A stretch of 64,000 nucleotides of DNA from Camelus ferus (Eukaryota). The notes under the pieces were generated by a model. The model saw nothing but the letters and a program-made list of their open reading frames with translations, was not told where the DNA came from and ran no database searches. Position 1 is the stretch's first letter. Every line of letters starts with the position of its first letter. Positions 53,870-64,000 of the stretch are shown here, one piece after another. The position numbers and the translations under genes are program-made. The stretch lies in NCBI RefSeq assembly GCF_009834535.1, contig NC_045696.1, forward strand, positions 92,630,001-92,694,000. Direction: 5' to 3'.

Positions 53870-54378
53870 ATCCTCTGATCCAGCAATTTCACTCCTAGGT
53901 ATTTATACAAGAGACATGAACACCTATGTCCACAAAAACTGAGAACAATCCAAATGGCCATCAACATGTGAATGCATAAATAAACTCTGGCATATCTATG
54001 TGGAACACTACATAACAATAAAAATGAACAACTGATACACACAACAACATGGATAAATCTCAAAAATACTGTGTTGAATAAAAGCCAAAATCATTGTGTG
54101 ATTCTACTGATACATAATTCAAAAACAGACAAAACTGATGTATGGATATAGAAATCAGAACAGTGGTTGCTGCTGGAGAAGTGGAGGGGCCGACTGTCAA
54201 GGGGCATGATGGAAATTTGGGAGTGATGGAAATGTTCTATATCTTGATTGGGGTGGTGGTTACATGAGTTATATATATATATATATATTTGTCACAAGTC
54301 AAATTGTACACTTAAAGATCTGTGCACTTCACTATATGTAGATTTTACCTCTATACAAATAAGTAAAAAAAAAAAAAT
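53870..54378 (+). mobile_element. L1MB/MC-like 3' end
   Basis: cagcaatttcactcctaggtattta...aacatggataaatctcaaaa...tgtacacttaa. Confidence 0.8.
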
Positions 54379-54470
54379 CACTTATTAGTGACTTTTTCAA
54401 ACTACCATTTCTCTCCACAAACTAAAAGGCAATGCTACAATAAGTAACTGTTACCCTCAGCCTTCAGGAG

Positions 54471-54518
54471 CACTGGATGGTCATGGTCAGTAACACTGGA
54501 TGGTCATGGTGTCAATAA
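54471..54518. repeat. About 23-bp tandem duplication
   Basis: cactggatggtcatggtcagtaa / cactggatggtcatggtgtcaataa. Confidence 0.9.
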
Positions 54519-54809
54519 CAAAGCCAACACTCATTCAAACCTATGAGCCACTCTTGTTTCAAAACCAAAGTCCATCAAGTTAAATCCACTTAAATGGACT
54601 GATTAATCACCCATTAAAACTTTATTCCTAAAAATGTTCAGTCTAACTCAAGCTATATCCATTCAAAGTATAGCAACTACCTCCAAAAGAACTATCTTCT
54701 TCAGCCGAATGCTCTAAGTCTTGTGCAGCAATATGAAAATGGCCCACCAAAATGTAACCAAGGGTCTGACTCCAAAAACTGATCACATAAAGCAAATTTA
54801 GTAAAAAGT

Positions 54810-56245
54810 GAATGGTATCCCAATTCATTCTATGAGGTCAGAATTGTCCTGACACCAAAAACAAAGACATTATAAGAAAACTCCAAGCCATTATTGCCTA
54901 TGAATGTAGACGTGAAAATCAACAAAATTAACAAGTCAAATTCAGCAACATATAAAAAAGGATTATACATCATTACCAAGAGAGATTTATCCCAGGAATG
55001 CAAATTTGACTTAATATCTAAAAATCAATTAATCTAATTTATCAATTAATACAATTAAGAACAAAAACCATATAATCATCTGAATATATGTAGAAAAAAG
55101 TATTTGTCAAAATCCAATATCTTTTCATAAAAGACAATCCACAAACTAAGAATGAAAGGAAACTCCCTCACTCTGATAAAGGGCATCTTTGAAAAACCCA
55201 CAGCTAACATCACATTTAGTGATGAAAAACTAACTGCTTTTTCCCCACTAAGATCAGGAACAAGAATTTCTGCCTTTACCTAATTTCTATTCAGAAATGA
55301 AGTAGACATATTAGCCAGGGTAATTAAGCAAGAAAATGAAATTAGAAGTACCTAGAGTGGAAAGGAAAAAGTAAAACTATCTCTATTTGCAGATGACATG
55401 ATCTTACATAAATAAAATCCTGTAAGTTCCATTAAAATACTACTAGAATAAATAAATTTAGTACGGTTGTAGGAAAACAACTTTGGAAAACAGTCTGACA
55501 ATTCACCAAAGGTTAAACAAAGAATTAGAGCACATGACCCAGCAATTCTACTCCTAGCTATATACCCACAAGAAATGAAAATTTATCTCTATACAAACAC
55601 CTATACAAGAAGGGAAGAGTATAGCTCAAGTGGTAGAGTGCATGCTTAACATGCACAAGATCCTGGGTTCAATCCTCAGTACCACCTCTAAAAATAAACA
55701 AGTAAATAAATAAATAACCATATCTCACCTCCCCCCAAAAAAACCTGTACAGGAATATTCATAGCAACATTATCCATAATAGCCAAAGAATGTAAACAAT
55801 CCAATATCCATCAACTGATGAATGGATAAATAAAAGGTGCTATAGCCATACAATGGAATATTATTTGCCAATAAAAATGAGGTACTTATACATGCTACCG
55901 GTTTGATGAACTTTGAAAGCATTTATGCTAAGTAAAAAAAAGCTAGTCACAAGAGACCACATATTGTAAGATTATAGTTATATAAAATGTTCAAAATAGG
56001 CAAATCTAGAGAGACAGAAAAAGATTAGTATTGCCTAGGGCTGGGAGGGTGCAGCAGGTGGGGGACAATGAGGACTGATTGCTAAAGGGTACAGGATTTC
56101 TTCTAGGGGTAATGAGAATGCTCTAAAATTGACTGTGGTAATGGCTGTAGAAATCTGTGACTATACCAAGAACTGCTGAATTGTACCCTTTAAAAGGAGA
56201 ATTTTATGGTATATGAATTACATCTCAATTAAGCTAATATAAAAA
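54810..56245 (+). mobile_element. L1 ORF2 fragment plus 3' end (L1MB-like), with nested SINE
   Basis: cattctatgagg, taagatcaggaacaag, tttgcagatgacatgatc; 3' UTR ending tatgaattacatctcaattaagct. Confidence 0.85.
55612..55742 (+). mobile_element. tRNA-derived SINE (Vic-1-like) nested in an L1 3' end
   Basis: gggaagagtatagctcaagtggtagagtgc...; diverged TSD acctatacaagaa / acctgtacaggaa; L1 sequence resumes after it. Confidence 0.87.
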
Positions 56246-56963
56246 TCTTTAGGAAAAGTGAATGGTAAAATCGAGGTGGTGAACACAGATGTTGACTAAA
56301 ATTTCTTTTTAACTTGTCTGAAATTTTTCATAAAACGTTAAAGTGGGAAAAAAATCATAGCATAAAAAAAGTTTCACTATTATCAATAATGTATCAAAAC
56401 AATGACCTACCTACAACTATTTTTATTCATCTAAAATCTCCCAAATTGATTAGGGATTGTTCACCCCAAATTTGTCCAAAGTGGATTTTAGAATTCTGGA
56501 GTCCTAGATTTACATTCACAATGAAACTCAGAAGATAAGGATTACTAATATTAGTTTTCCAAATTACAGACAAGGTGAAGTTAAATTTACATAATAAGTC
56601 TCCAAGAGTTTTGATAATAAAAAGGATTCTTTTTTTCCTGTTGACAAACAGGAGAAACAGAGAATTTTACACGTCCAGCCAGTTTTAAAGGTTTCAAAAC
56701 ATTCTCTGCAATTGTTATGGTAGACTAGGGCAGATTATATTACCTTTTGATCAATTTCAACACTGCTGGTTTTCAAACTTTGGAAAGCAACTAATTTGAC
56801 ACTCAACTTTTGAGAATTTTAAAATAACTCTCTTAGCACAGTTACTAATTTAAAAATAAAACTATTTTAATGTATACACATTAGGCTTGTATTTTAGCCA
56901 AATTTTAAATACACATCACTAGAGATGAAGATCGAAATGCAAAATAATACGTACTCTACAACT

Positions 56964-57655
56964 GGAGTGACCATATGGCCCAGTTGGCAAAGGACTGTCC
57001 TAATTTACAACTGTTATTCCCACATCCTACCCAACTTAACATTTGTCTCACGTTTTTCATTTTTTAACATATTATGAATAACTGCGTTAGAGTAAGATAA
57101 AATGGGCTTGTTACATTTCCACTTTATACTTTCACCTTCTACCATGGGTTTGCCTGGTACTCTGTGGAGTGCAGGTGTAGTGAAAGCCAACCAGAGAGAA
57201 CCCATCTCTCTTTTGTGATCTTTTCCAGATAAAATGAAGTACACTTGGACACTGGCAATTAGGGTTAGCTACTCTATCCAGTCATGGGTGCTGACAGAAA
57301 AATGTTAGACGCTGCTGTCCAGGGCAGCCACTTGGTATACCAGCCAGTTGTGCCACAGCCATTCCTCAGCACAAAACCTCCAGGTCTTTATCTGCTGGGT
57401 TGGTGGGATATGTAAGGTGTTTGTGAAATACATACAGGAAAGAGATTGTGTGTTCCTGTGCATAATGTACGAAGAGAGTAATCTGAACACTCATGCTACA
57501 TAAGTCCTGCCAAGTATTTGTTTGCTATATTGTATAAATCCAATTATGTATTTCGTTTGGTAGCATTTTACAGCAAATATAAATTTAAATTATTTTTAGC
57601 ACCTCCTTTTATGCTTAAGTGCCCCAGTTTAGGCAAAGAGTACATGGTCACCGTA
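56964..57655. mobile_element. hAT-Blackjack relic
   Basis: TIR-like ggagtgaccatatggcccag / tacatggtcaccgta. Confidence 0.55.
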
Positions 57656-58818
57656 CTATAACCAAACACCTTATTCCTATCAAGTTGTAGTGGACTATAT
57701 TAAGGAGTGTATTGTCCTAACTACATAAAGCATCTCCTAGGTCCTCAAAACCATGAACCCAAAGGGATGGCAAGGGTTGGCCAACGAGAAAACCAACTAA
57801 TATGAGACTATCATTATAGTAAAGCTATTTTTTGAACTGCTGTGACTCATAAACAAATACAAAAACTCTATTCCACAATAAGCATGGAAAAAAAAGAATA
57901 TTCTACACAACCTAGAACTATATATGTGATACACAAAGATTCTAAATTCTCTGAAGCAATTACTTTTTTGTTGATTCACAAAGTACTTCAAAATCATGTA
58001 TTAATCCTGAGGACTTCATTCATTTTGAGCATCTAAACAGAGTTTAAGTTAGAAAGAAGCATGAAAACAGCTCAAGTACCGTAACAGAGGAAAATTTCAT
58101 CGTTGTGGATAGCAAATAATTATTCATTATTTCAAACAGCATCCTTTAAAATATAATTCATTAAATAGCTTTAGAAAAGTATCAAACACATATGAATGAG
58201 TATAGGACACATATGTACTTTTTTTAATTCTTAAAAGACAATTATTTTCCTTAAGTGACAAGTTGGACCATGCTAAAGACAAGGTCATCTGAGGCTCCCG
58301 GAAGAATTTCAAAACCTTTCAAGTCTAAGAACAGAAAACAATAAAAACCATTCCTTTTGTCTGTAACAGCTCTTCCATTCTAGATGAATATCTTAACAGA
58401 TGGAACAAAATCTGGAGGGAAAAAAATTCATCTTTGACCTTTGGAAAAAAGGTACTATAGGGTTATCATAAAAGGACAGTTGTCAATTCTCAATGCATCC
58501 CTAAAAATCTCAGGTCATCTTTCCATTCAATTCAAAAATAAATTTTAAAATGGCAAATCTTGATTTTCAACATTAGATGTCATTAAAGATCCTATATCAC
58601 ATGTAATCAACAGGTATTTTTTTAAAAAACCTTTAATCCAAGTATGATATATCCTAGTCAACATCTCAGTGAAGGTGGTGGGGCAGGCAGGTCCTACCTC
58701 TACTCCAACCAAAAGCGTCTAAGGCTTAGATGGGGCCAAAGGTGGTAAACTTGACAAGTAGCCCAAAGAACATTACTCTCATAATCTTGCCTTAATAAAA
58801 CTGAAAAAAGCCGGTATG

Positions 58819-58880
58819 TCTAATATTTGCTATATACATACAAAATACATCTAATAGTTGCTATATTCATACAAAATAAT
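58819..58880. repeat. 31-bp tandem duplication
   Basis: tctaatatttgctatatacatacaaaataca / tctaatagttgctatattcatacaaaataat. Confidence 0.9.
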
Positions 58881-60419
58881 GAAAAGTTTCAAAATTTTTT
58901 TAAAGAAAACCTGTCTATGCTCTCTATATGAAGACTTTAACTAAATAACATCATTTCAGCTCTTTAAGGAAACAATAATCTCTACCTTAGATGGTTAACC
59001 AAAGTACTCCTGAAGAAAAAGAAAAGCCAGGTTCTAACACCAGCTGTTTTTCCAGCTTAGGAAGCAGAAACACATAAAGGTCCTTTCCAGATCTAAATGA
59101 CACTCTGTGGATAAAACTAATGAAAACAACCCAAATGTTTTTACAGAATTTAGGTAGGTTTCTCCCTAATTTCTATCACACAGAAATGTCATTTCAGAAA
59201 ATCCTGAAAAATACTGAAACATACGGAAATTCAAAATCAGCTCTTTCCTCACCTTAATTTATCAACTATAGGATTTACTACAACTGTCAGAGGCACAACA
59301 GATGTACAAAGTAATCTTGGGTCTGGTACTTGTATTTCACGCCAGAGGAAAAGGTGGCTCTGTGGTAAGGTATGGAAAACAGATGCCTACTCAGATTTCC
59401 AGGTGGACCTTTCATATCTTACTTCACCTACTTTACTCTGCATGTCCCATTTTAAACATCTCTTCACTTGGAATGCTTCTTGTAATTAATCATTGTTTAA
59501 TCATAAGGTTTATTTTTCCTCCTTAGGAATACATGAAATATTCACAGATTTGACAAAATGTTATTTCCCTGTATTGCTTCTCTTGAAAATGCTTTCAGTT
59601 CGGTTTTCAATTATTAGTATGGTCAAAAAAAAGAGAGGCATGCTACAAAATAAAGGACCTTGAAATAAATATAAGTTAATCAGCAAATCACCTGAGGCTC
59701 AAATATATCAAACTGATGAAGATTCTCTTTAAAATTCAAGTCGAACAAACAAAAAAACTACCAACTATGGAAAACAGTATGTGTTCTATACGCCTGACTC
59801 ATAAACTCAATCTGAGTTTTAAGATTCAGAAAACTGAATCTTTAACTTTCTGCTGTCATTTAATATGAAAACACTGTTTTCAAATCAGCACATATTTTTC
59901 AGTCTGTAAATTAGGTTTGAGCCCTCGTAATAACAAGGTCATTTCCTCTACCAGCACAAAGAGGAATCTTTTCAATGACTTTAAGGCTCCAAATTAAGGA
60001 AAGAAGAAAACAGCTTTGTAAGTTAACTAGTATACACGAAAGAGCTGTACACTGAGGTTTATGTAAGCTTCTGAGGTCAGAAACTAAAGGTTCAAGTATC
60101 TTCATTTACCTGTATAATCCCAAGAAAGAGCCCCAACTAGTCTTGAGCATCAGTTTCCTTGGTTTAAAAAGAGTTCATCTACTACCTTATAATCTTTACT
60201 CATTTGCTCAACAAATACTTTTTTAATGTTTACTAGAGACTGAGCCAATTACGCATGGAGAGGACCCACTAAGATGTGACTTAGGCACCACCTCTAAGAC
60301 AATACTGTCTGAAAAGGCACTACTGCCTGACTCAGAACACCAGTTTCCACCTGACGTTTAAAAGTCCACACACCTGAATAAAACGTAATGCAGTAATTTC
60401 TTAAATCTAGGCCCAAACA

Positions 60420-62450
60420 TCTCGCTTAAGTAGATCGCAATTCAAAACCGCGCAGTTTCCCGCTGACAAAACTGATTTTGCGCGGGTCTGAAAGAACTCC
60501 AGACCAACGAAAATTTTAACACAAGTGAAAGCGAAGGTGCTCAATACAGAAGCGAGACGAAGAAAAAGTGAGCTGGAGGTGAGGAGACGCGCAGCAGCGG
60601 CCCAAACGTGCTCTCCGCACTCGGCACACCAAGTTAACTTCTCCCGCACCCGGGACTCCAGACTTCCCCGGCCCTCGGGGCGCGGTGGCGGAGGCCAGCG
60701 GCCGGGACTGGGTCTCCCCGCGGCGGGGAGCGGGTCCCACCGCAAACCAAGGCGGAAAAGGAGAGAGCGGGATGGGGGCGGGGCTGGACACAAGCTTACC
60801 CCCTAGGAAAAGGATGGGGGGAGGGGAACGGAGTGAGCGACCCTCCGGCCACCGGCCCAGACTGGGGAGGGCGCCGACGGGGGCGGGAGTAGGGGGTGGG
60901 TGGTACAGTCAAGCGGCCTCCTCAAGGGCCGGCCTCGCCACCGCGGACCCAAAGGGCGCCATAGGGGAACCAGGAGAGCCTCGCCGAGGGCAGGCGGGAA
61001 ACAGGGTGGCGGGAAGAGAGGAGGCCGGCGCAGCTCGAACGCCTCACGCGAGGCCCCGACCCTGCCCTGCCTTCGGCGGGCCCCGGCAGCTCCACAAAAG
61101 GCCCCAAGGATCCCGAAGGGACGGGGCGAGGGCTGAGGAAGCCCCCCCGCCCCGCCTCACTCTCTCTCACACTCACACACACACCCGCTCGCCTCCCTCC
61201 CCCCACCTCGGGCCGCGCTCCGCGGGCTCGGCGCCCCACAGCGGCGCGGGGGAGGCGGGGGCCAGGGCGCTGCGGCGGGAAGCTGACGCCCTCCCCGACG
61301 CCCGGAGCTCAGCGGGCGCAGGAACCCCGACACGCAGACAAAATCAACAAAGCACCTGCCGCTCCCGAGAAGAAAACATGCCACAGGCCCCGAGCCGGGG
61401 CTCTGCGACGCGCCGCTGCCCGGGCCGCAGGGCTGCGCTGGCGGGCTCGGGGGAGGAGGCGGGGAAGGGCCCCGCGCGGTGGCTCCCGGGCCACGGAGCC
61501 TCGCTTCCGCCCGGATGCGGTGAGGCAGGGACCCCCCACGCCAGAGACTGACCTTGGAGTCTCCGTTGCAAAGAGCCATCGGGGCTGGGGCCGCGGTGGC
61601 GGCAGCCAGAGATGAGACGGGGCGGGAAAGGGTCGGTGGGGTCGACGCCACGGGCCAGGACTGAGAAGGTGGCCTGGTCGAGTAGCTGGCGGGCGGGCGG
61701 GCGGCGCGGAGAAGAGCTGGCCGCCTGCGAAGCGCCGATTCGAGCAGCAGCCTCGGAGCGCGGGCCCCAGCGCCGCGGGAGAAGAGACCAGCAGCGCGCA
61801 CGCTGCCCCCGCCTCCTGCTTCCGCCCCGGCCGGCCACTGGGAGGAGCCAGAGCCCGTTTGGCGAGGCTGCCGCGCCGCCGGCACTCCCCCAGCTGCCGC
61901 CGCCACCAAATAAGCCCGCCTCCGGAGGTGGGGACTTCGGCGACTGGCCCCGCCTCCAGGTCCGTCCCCACCGCCGCCGAGGCCTGCCCCCGGAGAAGAA
62001 ACCCGCGCGTCCCCAGCCTGCCCGCCCCTGAGAGGAGGGTCCTGCGGCGTCTGGCCCCGCCCCACTCCTGTCATGCCGCCCCTGGCGGGGAGGAGACCGC
62101 ACCGCCCAGCCTGGCTGCCCCTGTCCCGCCCCCGCACCCGGCAGCCCGGCGGGAGAGGAGGAGCCGGTGGCGCCCCGCCCCACCCTGGCCGCTAAAGTGG
62201 GCCTTGGCGAAAAACCGGAGCTGCGACCCGCGTGCCTTTGGCCCGCCGGCCCGCAGCCTTTGACTGCTGCGAGAGGCTGGTGACCCTGAGGAGGAGGCCT
62301 CCAGAGAGCTGGGTCACGGGGGGATCTCTTCGCCGGTGGTGCAGCCTCATCTCAGGTTGCGGGTCATGGGGGAGGCCAGGAGTGCTTTCAAGAGTTTCGT
62401 GGTGACATCGCCGTGGACTTAAAAGTGGTATCTGATCACTTAGGCCCCTC
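60420..62450. promoter_or_regulatory. GMPS: CpG island / GMPS promoter, 5' UTR and start of intron 1
   Basis: Very GC- and CpG-rich against an AT-rich background. Multiple GC boxes (ccccgcc), an ETS/GC composite GGGGCGGAAG on the minus strand at about 61819-61828, and no obvious TATA. TSS not determinable; likely about 61.7-61.9 kb. Confidence 0.92.
61553..61579 (-). CDS. GMPS: GMPS exon 1 coding part (MALCNGDSK)
   Basis: ATG at 61579 (context gccccgATGG); donor AAG|gtcagt at 61552. Confidence 0.97.
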
Positions 62451-62689
62451 AAAAGTTCTACAGCGGATGCAGAATTTCCACGAGGAAGGGTTAGGGAGCG
62501 GCAGTCTGGTGGAAAACTAGACCGGAGGACTGCAGCTCTGTTTGCACAGCTATGTTTTTATTTGGATTGTTTGTGGGGAAGGAGCTGCAGTTTTTCCAGC
62601 TACTCCTTGGCACCCGTCAATGCAAAGTCTTTCAGTACCTTGAATTTGGTCACCTGGGGGGTCTAAATCACTGTTGGGAAATAAATAAT

Positions 62690-63035
62690 AACACCTGAAA
62701 TGGCCTTCCATTTACAAAGGCTTTTAACAAATGCTCAGTTGTTATAATACAGCCAACATTTGCTGAGTTCTTGCTATGTTTCAGGCTCTAGTCCTGGTAT
62801 TAAGGAGCTAGAGAGACAACCCTAACTGCCAAAAACCCACTTTATTCTAACTAATCTCATGGAAGTGGTGTAGTAGGATTGATGGTCTTACCCACTTTTT
62901 ACTAATGAGGGAATTGAGGCTCAGTGACATTATGTGCTTCTGCCTCTCTATATAGGAGGTGAGGGGCACCCGATCTGGGAAAGAATAGAAGTTGTTAGTA
63001 AACTATTTACAGGAACAAAAGGCCCAAGGCCCTCA
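62690..63035 (-). mobile_element. MIR/L2 relics upstream of the promoter
   Basis: cccactttttactaatgagggaattgaggctcag is a MIR-core-like motif. Confidence 0.5.
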
Positions 63036-63719
63036 TGGGCCTCAGACTCAAATGAAGTATCTCACTTACCTTTCTCTGAAGTGAAAAATGGACACTTGAA
63101 TCTTCTAAAGCCATGGAGACTGTGCTTTCTTGGTAGGTCTGGATGAACAATTGAGAGAACCATGTAGTAACCAATAGAATTGGTTCACCTGCAATGGAAT
63201 GGAATGTGATGTGACGGCAATAAGGATTGGCTAAATTCTGTCTGTGTTAGATGATGCCCAGTTTAAATGTATTCTAGTGGTCACTTGTGTTTATGGCTAA
63301 GAATGTCAGCATTTACTGGCATCCTTCTAAGGCTTCTTCCTTTGACTCTATTCACCCCTTCCTCTTTCTTGAAACTGGATTCCCCTTACAGGGCCCCACA
63401 GGGGTGTCTTTTCACCTCCATGATTATTTTCCGCCACCTTTTCTTGTCCCTCTGCCTATGTCTGTCCTACAAGAGGAAACTTTGGTATTGGTTTTCTTCA
63501 GTATTTCCATTACTAGCCCTCTTCTTATCTTACTTTTCACCTTTGTTTCCCTGGGGCACTTATTTTAAAATATAGACTTGTTTAAAAACACCTTAATAGG
63601 TTCTATGTCATGACAGCTCTCTGGTCTGAGCTCTGGATCCATATTACAGCGTACATACCCAGTTAGACGTTCAATGTCATAGTGGGTCCCAAACTCAAGT
63701 CCAAAACACAACTTTGTTC

Positions 63720-64000
63720 AAGACTATTCTTGCTAATTTTCTGTTCATTTGTTCTATCAATTATTGAAAGAGAGGAGCTAAAATCTCCAACCATAATTGT
63801 GATTTTATCAATTTCTCCTTATAGTTCTGTCAGTTTTTGCTTTGTGTATTTTGAAGCTCTGTTTTTAGGGTCATAAATATTTAGAATCATTATTAATCCC
63901 TTTATAGTTATGAAATTATATTTTTTAGATTCCCAGTAATATTCTTCACTCTGACATTTACTTTGTCCAATATTATAATAGCATGCCTGCTTTTTCTGAC
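63720..64000 (-). mobile_element. L1 ORF2 (endonuclease region) relic, runs off the window
   Basis: ttctatcaattattgaaagag...aaatctccaaccataattgtg...tattttgaagctctgtt. Confidence 0.75.

Larger units (their letters stand above)
5234..61579 (-). other. GMPS: GMPS gene coding span (16 coding exons, 2082 nt, 693 aa; GMP synthase [glutamine-hydrolysing])
   Basis: Spliced translation [39 protein letters not shown]...[11 protein letters not shown] matches the recalled mammalian GMPS. Class I GATase triad motifs (GICYGMQ, QFHPEV) and the PP-loop SGGVDS are present. Exon lengths 27,182,115,98,104,194,166,152,174,106,116,126,116,131,173,102 sum to 2082 with GT-AG junctions. Confidence 0.99.

Noticed and set aside
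60407..62452. Long overlapping ORFs (up to 326 aa) on both strands of the CpG island
   Set aside because: Low-complexity Gly/Ala/Arg/Pro products expected from stop-poor GC-rich DNA. Only MALCNGDSK, and possibly its in-frame upstream extension, is supported.
1..64000. CRISPR arrays, prokaryotic systems, rRNA, snoRNAs or a second protein-coding gene
   Set aside because: None recognisable; the window is a single mammalian gene locus plus repeats.

Overview
This is mammalian genomic DNA, probably from a camelid given six tRNA-Ala-like Vic-1-type SINEs. It holds one complete protein-coding gene on the minus strand: GMPS (GMP synthase, glutamine-hydrolysing). I resolved 16 coding exons by hand, from the ATG at 61579 to the TAA at 5234-5236. 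They total 2082 nt (693 aa), all introns are GT-AG and the frame is intact. A CpG-island promoter lies at about 60.4-62.45 kb and the presumptive 3' UTR below 5233. The introns are filled with old L1, L2, MIR, MaLR and DNA-transposon relics; subfamily names are from recall and approximate. Most notable: (1) an in-frame CUG/GUG-initiated, Arg/Ser/Leu/Ala-rich N-terminal extension resembling a mitochondrial presequence, a candidate mitochondrial GMPS isoform; (2) a perfect 34-nt U2 snRNA 5' fragment with a target-site duplication, inserted antisense just upstream of the exon 6 branch point; (3) AATAAA overlapping the tandem stop codons; (4) an RBFOX-motif cluster in the 3' UTR; (5) nested and rearranged L1 structures.
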